Shown here: positions 28,628-36,945 of the stretch, one piece after another
Layout: every line of letters starts with the position of its first letter
How positions within the stretch are numbered: position 1 is the stretch's first letter
Source of the DNA: Fibrobacter sp.
GTDB lineage: Bacteria > Fibrobacterota > Fibrobacteria > Fibrobacterales > Fibrobacteraceae
Direction of reading: 5' to 3'
Assembly (NCBI GenBank): GCA_045597525.1
Contig: JAZLKF010000008.1
Span: 16,201-80,200 of the forward strand
Length of the DNA stretch: 64,000 nucleotides
Notes under the pieces: model-generated
The model's input: the letters and a program-made list of their open reading frames with translations, nothing else
Told to the model about the DNA's origin: nothing
The model's database searches: none
Made by a program: the position numbers and the translations under genes

Positions 28628-29548
28628 CTACAAGAGTGCCCGTACCCGTTCTTCCGATAGCTTAAGGACCCTGCAGATTTTCTCAACGGAATCGCCATCC
28701 TGAAGCATTTCCCGAGCGGAGGCAAGCTTTTCTTCTTCAGCCTTGGCCCGTTCCTGCTTGCGCCCATTTGCTTCACCCTCGGCACGGAGTACATCGGCTA
28801 CAGACACAAAGCCGTTGCGCTTGCGTTCTGCCATAATTTCTGGACGGTCCATAATTGCCTCCCTGTATTCCGATGATGTTTCCTTCCCTAAGTATAGAAA
28901 AACTTCCTGAATGAAACTACTGTCTATTTTATTTTTCGGATCGAGGAAATACGCCATGGCCTTGTCCATCAGCGGCCTGTACTTTTCGGCATTGAACACG
29001 AATTTCATGGCCACAAGGGCCAGCGACACATAAGGGTTCAGCTTGCTAAAGTCGATGTCGCCAACTTCCTTCCCCACATTAATCATCTCAATCTTGAAAG
29101 GATAGCCGATGTCGTGAAAGTATTCCGGGTACTTGGCATAAAGTTTTGCCTTCAGCGGGTTCCACTTGATTTCGCCGTTGTAAACAATCACCGCCACCAT
29201 GGGGCAGTCTGGGCGGCTGAGGCGGAACAGTTCATAAAAATAATGTTCCAGCTGGGAAACCACATCGTTGTCAGGATATGACTTGTGTTCCAGAACCAGG
29301 CCCACAAAAAGTTTCGTCTTGTTATTGGAATTCTTGATATTAAGGGAAAACGCCAAGTCTGCAGAACCTTTTAAACCTTGGCGATCACTTTCACTGCGTT
29401 CCGCCCGCATGGTCTTCAAATCTACAACCTTCAGAAAACGGGCAAGACTTTTGTTTTTCACAGCAGCCAATTTCAGCAACGAAGCGACGCGTTTTGGATG
29501 TTTGAAGGCAGTCTTGAACATTCCGTCATGATCTTTCTTTTTATTCAT
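28628..29548 (-). CDS. Rpn-family recombination-promoting nuclease / putative transposase (PD-(D/E)XK, YhgA-like)
   Basis: The N-terminal HDGMFKTAFKHPKRVASLLK, ADLAFSL, and LVLEHKSYPD are typical of the family. Confidence 0.65.
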   Translation of the reverse strand: MNKKKDHDGMFKTAFKHPKRVASLLKLAAVKNKSLARFLKVVDLKTMRAERSESDRQGLKGSADLAFSLNIKNSNNKTKLFVGLVLEHKSYPDNDVVSQLEHYFYELFRLSRPDCPMVAVIVYNGEIKWNPLKAKLYAKYPEYFHDIGYPFKIEMINVGKEVGDIDFSKLNPYVSLALVAMKFVFNAEKYRPLMDKAMAYFLDPKNKIDSSFIQEVFLYLGKETSSEYREAIMDRPEIMAERKRNGFVSVADVLRAEGEANGRKQERAKAEEEKLASAREMLQDGDSVEKICRVLKLSEERVRALL

Positions 29549-29756
29549 CCTTTCTCCATAAAAAAAAGACCGCCTCTGCGGTCCGCTGGAAAATTCCAGT
29601 TTCTGGCAGGATAGCGATCTAATGAACTATGTAGCCACGGTTTTTACCCGCAGCAATCAACTTCCTAAAAATATCAAACGCGCTTTCGAAAGTCAAGGGG
29701 CGCGCCTTCACCAGCCATATTTTGCAAACAACTGTTTGCGCGAATGTAGTGGCGAA

Positions 29757-30221
29757 CTACTTCAAATATTCATCAGGAACGTTGTAGCCGTAGGAAGCCA
29801 ACTTCTTGGCGTAGGATTTGTCCTTCAAGCGTTCCCTGGATTCTTCCAGATGCTTGGCGTTGCTCTTGTCTTCGAAGCCGCACTTGACGCGAATGAATTG
29901 CACAAGGCAAAGGACGGCGGCAGCAGCGCAAGCCACCGCGGCAATAGAAATCTTGTTGAAAGTCAACTCGCCCACACGAGCCATTTGCAGGGCGAAGCAA
30001 ACCGCAGAAAATACCAGGAACAGCGGGATCGCCTTCACGTAAAATTTCGGATTTGTGGTCCGCGGATCAAAACCTTCAACGGCCACTTCACGGAATTTCT
30101 TTTCTACAAATTCTTCGCGGCAATCCTTGCAATTGACAATGGGGCTGCCATATGCGTAAGTGTTACAACTAAAACGATTCACCTTGCCGCAATGCGGGCA
30201 CTTGCTTTCAATATAACCCAT
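29757..30221 (-). CDS. zinc-ribbon membrane protein, unknown
   Basis: CPHCG...CKDC ribbon followed by two hydrophobic helices. Strong aaggag RBS. Confidence 0.5.
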   Translation of the reverse strand: MGYIESKCPHCGKVNRFSCNTYAYGSPIVNCKDCREEFVEKKFREVAVEGFDPRTTNPKFYVKAIPLFLVFSAVCFALQMARVGELTFNKISIAAVACAAAAVLCLVQFIRVKCGFEDKSNAKHLEESRERLKDKSYAKKLASYGYNVPDEYLK

Positions 30222-30310
30222 TTGACTCTCCTTTTAACCTGCGGTATAATATAAAAAGTTTGCCGTTAGGAGGGCCGACATAAAACTTGCTTTAAGTGGA
30301 CAAGCTAGCC

Positions 30311-30345
30311 GCATACAAAAAGCCCGCAGCGTTGAACTGCGGGCT
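30311..30345. repeat. left copy of an exact 35-bp direct repeat (hairpin terminator sequence)
   Basis: gcatacaaaaAGCCCGCAGcgttgaaCTGCGGGCT is identical to 35295-35329. Confidence 0.9.
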
Positions 30346-30396
30346 ATAGGGAAAATGTGAAAGATGAATTAAGTAACATCGGGTAATGGAAATATA

Positions 30397-31218
30397 TTAC
30401 CTGTTGCTAAATCCTAAATACGAACTAAAACCCAACATATACATAGCAAGAGTCAAATTGACGTCATCATCCCCTGCATTGTATTTTTTCGCTTGTGTTT
30501 GTAACTCACCAAAAACAGTATCTTTAGGTTCCGATAGCTTTGTTTTTTCAGCAACAACATTCTTTATGACTGCAGGTAACGCCATCATTACTTTGTAGAA
30601 TGCATCAGACTGGCCTGTCACTATGGAATAGAATTGATCCATACTAACTCGACGAATTTTGTTATGGGAATGTTTCTTTTTTTCAAACGACGTTTCCCAT
30701 TTTATATTTTGAGACGTACTTGCAATCGCTTCTACGAGAAAACAAGCACAATCATCATCATCCAAAAGCTGCTGTTGCATTTTTTTGTATGTTTTTTCAG
30801 CACTGGCACTATTCATCGTATTATGTTTATTTTTCATTTCAACATAAATCGTATGAACAAGTTCCTGCTTTTCTGACCCCACATAAACGCCATCAGAATT
30901 TTTATAAATAACATCCCATCCACCATCCTTCCCATTTGGTGGCACAACACACTTATTTATGTACTTAAAAATGTGCTGATGAAAATAACCAATGTAATTA
31001 TTATTCGTTTTGTCTCTTTGACGTGTTATTTCATTACTGATTAAATCTTGCCATGAAATATTAAATAATACTTTGTCAAACGCAAACTTGACAGGATCTA
31101 CAATATTTTTATTAAAGTCCTTTAACGACACGGATTTAAAAGAACCTATATAATTATTTATCGTTTCACGGACATGAGACGTGAAATCTCGTTCTGAAAT
31201 AAATTCAAGATTCCACAT
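30397..31218 (-). CDS. type II restriction endonuclease (PD-(D/E)XK), possibly Eco47II/Sau96I-like
   Basis: Starts 3 nt downstream of the C5-methylase stop, same strand. GGWDV...YVEMKNKHNTMNS fits D...ExK. The family guess is from memory only. Confidence 0.55.
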   Translation of the reverse strand: MWNLEFISERDFTSHVRETINNYIGSFKSVSLKDFNKNIVDPVKFAFDKVLFNISWQDLISNEITRQRDKTNNNYIGYFHQHIFKYINKCVVPPNGKDGGWDVIYKNSDGVYVGSEKQELVHTIYVEMKNKHNTMNSASAEKTYKKMQQQLLDDDDCACFLVEAIASTSQNIKWETSFEKKKHSHNKIRRVSMDQFYSIVTGQSDAFYKVMMALPAVIKNVVAEKTKLSEPKDTVFGELQTQAKKYNAGDDDVNLTLAMYMLGFSSYLGFSNR

Positions 31219-31220
31219 AG

Positions 31221-32258
31221 CTAAAGCTCCTTTAGCACTTTCAGTATCTGAAGGCCAATATCTTTTGCCAGATTTACAGGAACAGCATTACCAACTTGTT
31301 TATATTGCTCGGCCAAATTTCCTGAAAATTTCCATGAGTCAGGAAATGACTGAAAACGAGCATTTTCTCTTACACTGAATGGACGTACTTCCAAAGGATG
31401 ACATCTATCCGTCTGTTTCATTCCCGGATTAGTAAGAACAGTCAAGGACGGTTCATCTAAACCAATTCTTCGTAATATACCAGTCCTTCCGCCTTCCATA
31501 TCCCAACAAGTTTTCATATATGCTTTTGCAACTTTGGGATCAATATCTTTCCAGTAACCACCAGGAGGAACAAGGGCAAAAACTTTTTCCTTTGCTGCGG
31601 AATATCTTGCACAATGATTCTTATCCGGATCTACATCCAGTACAACATCTCTCAGTACAGGCTTATACTTGTGAGGTTTCGGAAAATCATATTTAATTTC
31701 GCCTGCAAGATCTTTTCTAATTCCAACTGTTATTAAACGTTCTCTTTTTTGAGGATTACCATAGTCCCACGCATTCAAAACCTGGTGAAACGTCACATAT
31801 CCCTCATCTTCAAAAATGTTTAGAATTGTCTGATATGTTTTGCCTTTATCATGAGACAAAAGTCCTTTCACATTTTCAAAGAGAAACATCTTCGGTTGTA
31901 GTTTGCGAAGAAATGTGGCATAATGATAAAACATGGTTCCACGAACATCTTCAAGACCTAAACGCTTGCCAGCATAGCTAAAACTTTGACAAGGAGCTCC
32001 TCCCGATAAAAGGTCTAAATCATTCTTTTTTACATTGAATTCGTCTTCAAGATTTCGCCCCGCAACCAAGGCAACATCTTCACATAAGACTTTCCATTTT
32101 GGACGATTTGTTCTTAAAGTCTCTGCAGCAGCTTTATTAAATTCAACTAAACCAATATGTTCAAATCCCGCTTTTTCTAAGCCTATCGCTAAACCACCAG
32201 CACCGGCAAAAAGTTCAATGGATTTAAAAACTTTCTTTTGTTTTTTCGTCTCCGCCAT
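31221..32258 (-). CDS. dcm: DNA (cytosine-5)-methyltransferase
   Basis: FAGAGG (I), GGAPCQSFS (IV), ENV (VI), QKRER (VIII), RPFSVRENARFQSFPD (IX), GNAVPV (X). Confidence 0.9.
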   Translation of the reverse strand: MAETKKQKKVFKSIELFAGAGGLAIGLEKAGFEHIGLVEFNKAAAETLRTNRPKWKVLCEDVALVAGRNLEDEFNVKKNDLDLLSGGAPCQSFSYAGKRLGLEDVRGTMFYHYATFLRKLQPKMFLFENVKGLLSHDKGKTYQTILNIFEDEGYVTFHQVLNAWDYGNPQKRERLITVGIRKDLAGEIKYDFPKPHKYKPVLRDVVLDVDPDKNHCARYSAAKEKVFALVPPGGYWKDIDPKVAKAYMKTCWDMEGGRTGILRRIGLDEPSLTVLTNPGMKQTDRCHPLEVRPFSVRENARFQSFPDSWKFSGNLAEQYKQVGNAVPVNLAKDIGLQILKVLKEL

Positions 32259-32561
32259 CTACTCGCTCCAATCAAAAAGGGTTGAACCTGAGTTCAGCCC
32301 TTTGTTCGGAGCGATGTTCCTAGCCTGCGTAAAAAAACGAAAAGGCGAGGAGCATTGCTGCTTCTCGCCGAAAATTGCGACTTTCTACAATTCAAAAACA
32401 AAACTCGCGGACAATACCGGCGGCGCACCATAGGCGCCAAGCCAGATTTCGCCATACGCCAAAAACGCCTTGGCGCAATTGCACAAAAGCGAAGGTCGAG
32501 ACCATTGGGTACACGACCCCCAGGGTACAATGCGCCCATGGCATTCATGGGCATCCGAGAT

Positions 32562-32623
32562 TTGTCTTATTCCTTGTGTTTTGAAAGTGTCTAAGTTTCA
32601 GGTACAGAACAAGAGCAAAACTC
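32562..32623 (+). repeat. copy 1 of an imperfect direct repeat of about 62 nt
   Basis: ttgtcttattccttgtgttttgaaagtgtctaagtttcaggtacagaacaagagcaaaactc, about 85 percent identical to 32920-32982. Confidence 0.8.
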
Positions 32624-32919
32624 ACATTGCGAGAGTCATAGAAAAACTTGTTTACAAGGTTTTTTCATGACCGAGCATCAAGAGTTTCTACAAAACTCAC
32701 CAAGAGTTTCTCCTGTTCCACATACCCCAACACGATTTCAATAAAAAAAAGGGCGGAGGGGTTGACGTGTCTATCTACCTGGGGCCTTAGACTGCCTTAC
32801 ACAAATAAACGCGCAACCCACGCCCCAAAACGGTCGCTGTGCAATCAGGCAGATCTATTAAATATGCATGTAGCAAAACGATGCCGCTAGGTGCAAGACC
32901 CACCGGCAGACGTGAGCGT

Positions 32920-32982
32920 TCGTCTTGTTCTCCGTGTATTGAAAAGTGTCTAAGTTTCCAGGTAGAGGACAAGAGAAAACTC
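32920..32982 (+). repeat. copy 2 of the repeat of about 62 nt, with an internal 10-bp stem
   Basis: TCTTGTTCTC...GAGGACAAGA can pair (one G-U wobble) around the conserved core ttgaaaagtgtctaagttt. Confidence 0.8.
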
Positions 32983-33151
32983 TTTATGTACATAGGGAAT
33001 ATAGATAATCCTGCATGTCAGTAGGTGTCACTCAAATTTTTTCGGCGCACCTATTGCCCATTTTTATAAAATTGGTTATATTTTGTTCACTAGAACATTT
33101 GTGCATCAAATTTGTGTTTTTATATCCAGCTTGTAACACAAAGGAGTAAAT

Positions 33152-33961
33152 ATGAGCAAGATTGAAGTTATGAATACAGGTATTTCCCTTAAAAAGAATC
33201 ATGACGGGGATTATATAAGTTTAACCGATATGGCGAGATACAAGAATTCTGAGGCTACAGGTCTTGTCATTTCTCATTGGCTCAGTACGCGCTTTGCTAT
33301 CGAATTTTTAGGTATTTGGGAAACTATAAATAATTCCAATTTTAATGTTACTGAATTCAGTAACATTAAAACAAATGCTGGTGCAAATGGAAATGTTCTT
33401 ACCGCAAAGCAATGGATTGAAAAAACAAACGCTATTGGTATCGTTTCTTCTGCCGGTCGATACGGTGGAACCTACGCACATTCCGACATCGCTTTTGAAT
33501 TCGGTTCTTGGCTCAGTCCAGAATTCAAATATTACCTAATTCGTGAGTATCAGCGTCTCAAGGCAGCGGAGCAGGCACAACTCGGCTGGTCCGTAAAGCG
33601 GGAACTTTCAAAGATTAACTACCATATCCACACAGACGCTGTCAAGCAGAACTTGATTCCCGCGACACTCACGCCACAAGAAATTTCCTTCGTATATGCC
33701 AATGAGGCCGACGTATTGAACAAGGCTCTGTTCGGTTTCACGGCAGTGGAGTGGCGCACAGCCAACCCTGCACTACCAGGGAACGTCCGTGATTACGCGA
33801 CGGTCAACCAGCTGATTTGCCTCAGCAACATGGAATCGTTAAACTCCGTCTTGATCAACGAGGGTGTAACGCAAAGCGAGCGCCTGACAAAGCTGAACCA
33901 GATTGCAATTTCGCAGATGACAGTTTTGGAAAGTATCGGGCAAAACAAATTGCTGAAATAA
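33152..33961 (+). CDS. KilA-N domain DNA-binding protein
   Basis: YISLTDMARYKN...ISHWL..RFAIEFLGIWE..NN.NF ... GGTYAHSDIAFEFGSWLSPEFKYYLIREYQRLK. aaaggag RBS. Confidence 0.75.
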   Translation: MSKIEVMNTGISLKKNHDGDYISLTDMARYKNSEATGLVISHWLSTRFAIEFLGIWETINNSNFNVTEFSNIKTNAGANGNVLTAKQWIEKTNAIGIVSSAGRYGGTYAHSDIAFEFGSWLSPEFKYYLIREYQRLKAAEQAQLGWSVKRELSKINYHIHTDAVKQNLIPATLTPQEISFVYANEADVLNKALFGFTAVEWRTANPALPGNVRDYATVNQLICLSNMESLNSVLINEGVTQSERLTKLNQIAISQMTVLESIGQNKLLK

Positions 33962-33966
33962 AAACT

Positions 33967-34821
33967 CTACAGCAAAAAATGTTTCGCCAGCGCCTCCACG
34001 ATGGCGGGGTTCAGCGGGCGTTCCTGCGTTTCCATTGTAAAGATGAGGGATTCGCCGGGGAAGATTCCGTTGGCGGTGTAGGTCTCGAATTTTCCCAGGG
34101 TTTCTGCGATGTATTCAGGGTCATCCATTCGCCCGAAATGCTCCCAGATGAATTCGCGACGGGTGCGAATGTTGAGGCAGGTGAAATCGGGATGGAATGT
34201 TACGGTGCGGCGGGAGCTGTCTCGGCTGCGGCTGTTCCTGCGGACTTTCAGCTGGTGTGGAAATTCATAGCGGTAGGGAATTTTCAGGCGGTCAAGGATA
34301 TCCGCGATGATGACCTCCGACTTGGAGCGCACCCGCTCTCTGCGGGAGGTTTCCAGCAGGGGCGCGTCGACAGCCATCCCCTTCCCGCTGTACTTTACCG
34401 CAAGCCACTGCTCCGCAAATTCTTCGTCGGGAAGACGCTCTGGCTGCACAAATTTTCTGCGGGCCGGCAGCAATTTCTCAAAAATATCGTGCAGCCGCTT
34501 CGGGCAAAAAGATTTCAAAAAGCGATCTAAACTTTTCAACTGTCGCTGCATTTCTGCAAGGACCGTCTGGTCATATTCCTTCTGCGCCAACCGGGCAATA
34601 GTTTTTGATTCCGTTTGCGGCAGATAATCGCCCCACTCTGGAGAAGTATCCGTCACATGATAGTAGTAGGCCCCACTTTCCCTCTGCGCAATTCGCAGGC
34701 GACCTTCAGGCGCATTCTTCAAGTTACGTATTTTTGTCTCAATTGCAGCAAGAAGCTCTTCCGCTTTTGCTTGCAACGAAGACAGGTCAACATCAGGAGA
34801 CAAAAGTTCCTTGATATTCAT
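33967..34821 (-). CDS. coiled-coil protein with a C-terminal PD-(D/E)XK-like (TnsA/Vsr-type) nuclease signature
   Basis: VRSKSEVIIADIL...YRYEFP...FHPDFTCLN...FIWEHFG fits an E...PDF...E-x-H/K arrangement. Family name not recalled. Confidence 0.4.
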   Translation of the reverse strand: MNIKELLSPDVDLSSLQAKAEELLAAIETKIRNLKNAPEGRLRIAQRESGAYYYHVTDTSPEWGDYLPQTESKTIARLAQKEYDQTVLAEMQRQLKSLDRFLKSFCPKRLHDIFEKLLPARRKFVQPERLPDEEFAEQWLAVKYSGKGMAVDAPLLETSRRERVRSKSEVIIADILDRLKIPYRYEFPHQLKVRRNSRSRDSSRRTVTFHPDFTCLNIRTRREFIWEHFGRMDDPEYIAETLGKFETYTANGIFPGESLIFTMETQERPLNPAIVEALAKHFLL

Positions 34822-34980
34822 AGATCCTCAGGATATGTGTTGATATAGCAAAAGCGCTCGCACTCGCAAGCGAAAACATATAGTAAAAGGCAACTAGGTT
34901 GCTAATGACAGCTAAGCTACATTATTCAGGCACTAAAAACAACTTTTTGGATGTTGCGAAGTCATTTTTTCGGATTTTTT

Positions 34981-35205
34981 GTCACTAAACGAATTTATTT
35001 TTGGATTTAGTGACATAAATATTAGTTTGTTCACAACTATTTTGAATCAAAGGATAATCCTGGCAACGAATTTTTGTCACCATTTGTTTGGTTATGGGTA
35101 TTTAGTGACACGAAAATTACCCGAACCCAACCCGAAGAAGACAAAATACATTACTTTGTTCAAAAATTTTTGTCACTAAACGAGCCAATTGGATGATTTG
35201 GTGAC
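34981..35205. repeat. three 34-nt hairpin-capable inverted repeats spaced 95-96 bp apart
   Basis: 34981-35014 GTCACTAAA..TTTAGTGAC; 35076-35109 GTCAC..TTTAGTGAC; 35172-35205 GTCACTAAA..TTTGGTGAC. Each is preceded by a T-run. Confidence 0.85.
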
Positions 35206-35240
35206 AAAATTTTCTAAAAAAGACCTTGTTTCATAGCCAG

Positions 35241-35266
35241 ATTCCCGGTCAAAGCCGGGAATGACA
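35241..35266. repeat. REP-like hairpin (attcccggtcaaagccgggaatgaca)
   Basis: Near-identical element at 47182-47206. Confidence 0.6.
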
Positions 35267-35294
35267 TTAAAACAGCCCTCGCGGAATCTAAACG

Positions 35295-35329
35295 GCATAC
35301 AAAAAGCCCGCAGCGTTGAACTGCGGGCT
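35295..35329. repeat. right copy of the exact 35-bp direct repeat; terminator of lysC
   Basis: Identical to 30311-30345. 9-bp stem, A5 upstream and T6 downstream. Confidence 0.9.
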
Positions 35330-35337
35330 GTTTTTTC

Positions 35338-35402
35338 GTCACTGGATCCTTCGACTTCGCCGCTTTGCGGCTTCGCTCAGGATGACACGCCGCTTGCGGC
35401 GT
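35338..35402. repeat. GC-rich REP-like element with two GCCGC-ttt-GCGGC hairpins
   Basis: gtcactggatccttcgacttcGCCGCtttGCGGCttcgctcaggatgacacGCCGCttGCGGCg. Confidence 0.4.
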
Positions 35403-35403
35403 A

Positions 35404-36723
35404 TCACTTAGTGAATGCGTCGTAGATGGCCTTGATGGCCTTGTTCATGTCGTCTTCATCCACACCGGTGATGATATTGATCTGGGAAGAACCCTGGTCG
35501 ATGATTCGGACGTTGACGCTGTTTTCTGCAAGGGCGGTGAAGAGCTTTGCAGCAACACCGATCTTGTTGGTCATGCCATGGCCAACAGTAGCGATAAGGC
35601 TGATGCCCTTGAAGATCTTGATGCGGTCCGGATGCATCTGCTGAGTGATGTCTTCCATGACCACGTGTTCAACAGCTTCCAGCTTCTTGGTATCCACAAC
35701 GATGCTCATGGAGTCGATGGCGCTGGGGCACAGTTCGTAAGAAAGGCCTTCGCCTTCGAGAACGGCCAGCACGCGGCGACCGAAACCAACTTCCTTGTTC
35801 ATCATGGACTTTTCGATGTAGATCATGGAGAAGCCCTTACGGCCGGCAACGCCGGTGATGGGAAGCTTGGTGGATTCCGGAGTGGGGCCGATGATGGTGC
35901 CGGCGTCTTCGGGGCGGTTGGTGTTGCGGATATTGATAGGAATCTTCTTGGCGCGGCAAGGAGCGATGGATTCGTCGTGAAGGACGCTTGCACCGGAGTA
36001 GGCCAGTTCGCGGATTTCGCGGTAGGACACGTATTCGATGGGCAGCGGATTTTCGACGATGCGGGGGTCAGCCATCAGCATGCCGGAAACGTCGGTCCAG
36101 TTTTCGTAGGTTTCGGCGTCGATTGCATTGGCGAGGATTGCGCCGGTAATGTCGGAGCCGCCGCGGCTGAAGGTCTTCAGTTCACCACGGGTATTGGAAC
36201 CGTAGAAGCCCGGAAGAACGTAAAGCTTGTTCTCGTCGGAAAGGGCCTTGGCGATGGTTTCGTAGCTGGAAGGCAGAATGCGGTACTTTTCATCGAAGGT
36301 GATGATGGGGAAAGTATCCACGAATTCGGCACCCAGGTACACGGACATGACGCGAGCGCTCAGGTATTCGCCACGGCTTACGAGGTAGTCGGTGGTGATG
36401 CTTTCGACGTCGTCGCGCAATTGCTTTTCAAGCTTGTCCAGGTCTTCGGCAACCTTGGGTTCGATACCCAGGTCGGAGCAAATTTCGAGATAGCGGTTGC
36501 GGATCAGGTTCCAGGGTTCGGAGAAATCCAGGTGCTTGGAAGCCAGATCATAGGTGCTGTAGAGGAGGTCGGTCAGCTTGGTTTCCTTGGGATTGCGCTT
36601 ACCGGGAGCGGATACCACTACGACCTTGCGCTTTGCATCGGAGGAAACGATGTTCTTGATTTTACGGAACTGACCTGCGTCGGCGACAGAAGAGCCACCG
36701 AACTTACATACGATTCTAGACAT
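35404..36723 (-). CDS. lysC: aspartate kinase
   Basis: ATG at 36723 (MSRIVCKFGGSSV) with an aaggaaa RBS. ACT-type C-terminus. Confidence 0.85.
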   Translation of the reverse strand: MSRIVCKFGGSSVADAGQFRKIKNIVSSDAKRKVVVVSAPGKRNPKETKLTDLLYSTYDLASKHLDFSEPWNLIRNRYLEICSDLGIEPKVAEDLDKLEKQLRDDVESITTDYLVSRGEYLSARVMSVYLGAEFVDTFPIITFDEKYRILPSSYETIAKALSDENKLYVLPGFYGSNTRGELKTFSRGGSDITGAILANAIDAETYENWTDVSGMLMADPRIVENPLPIEYVSYREIRELAYSGASVLHDESIAPCRAKKIPINIRNTNRPEDAGTIIGPTPESTKLPITGVAGRKGFSMIYIEKSMMNKEVGFGRRVLAVLEGEGLSYELCPSAIDSMSIVVDTKKLEAVEHVVMEDITQQMHPDRIKIFKGISLIATVGHGMTNKIGVAAKLFTALAENSVNVRIIDQGSSQINIITGVDEDDMNKAIKAIYDAFTK

Positions 36724-36945
36724 GTGTTTTCCTTTGGGCTGCCGGCCCCTGGGTCCCAAGCCTCGCGCCCCACCCGGAGCGACATACATCGACTCGAACC
36801 TACTTGCCTAAGCCAGCCACTTGTGAATACCCCGAAACGTCTCCATTCTACGTACTCGAATGTAAAATTTTCAAGGCGGGCGTAAAAATAGTAAGAAAAC
36901 CAGTGTCTTTAAAGGGAAAAATACGTGTATAGGGCGGGAGGACTC

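Larger units (their letters stand above)
30346..35294. mobile_element. candidate integrated island of about 4.95 kb (R-M, KilA-N, nuclease-like gene), with no recognisable integrase
   Basis: Bounded by exact 35-bp direct repeats. The R-M genes are AT-rich. Joining the flanks would recreate a single bidirectional terminator downstream of lysC. Confidence 0.45.

Noticed and set aside
29622-30254. 210-aa plus-strand ORF overlapping the zinc-ribbon gene.
   Set aside because: The minus-strand ORF has a strong aaggag RBS, CxxC pairs and TM helices. The plus-strand translation has no features and no RBS.
32294-32993. Cluster of 60-86-aa ORFs on both strands (for example 32294-32554, 32355-32594, 32648-32890).
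   Set aside because: They overlap one another and are Arg/Pro/Cys-rich, with no RBS. The region is better described as structured non-coding DNA. Translated searches could still reveal pseudogene remnants.
33817-34530. 237-aa plus-strand ORF overlapping the end of the KilA-N gene and the 284-aa minus-strand gene.
   Set aside because: It runs out of frame through two better-supported genes, and its composition is unlike a real protein.
34979-35205. Possible CRISPR array formed by the three 34-nt repeats. The 66-aa ORF at 34979-35179 also lies across them.
   Set aside because: There are only three units. The repeat centres are not conserved, only the arms. Spacers are about 61 nt, and no cas genes or leader are present. 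The ORF is an artefact of T-rich repeat DNA.
36724-36900. Lysine riboswitch (L-box) or another leader upstream of lysC.
   Set aside because: I reverse-complemented the leader. It is GC-rich and foldable, but I could not find the conserved L-box elements I remember (the GAGGCGC and GCCGAAG-type cores). This is left unsupported pending an Rfam scan.
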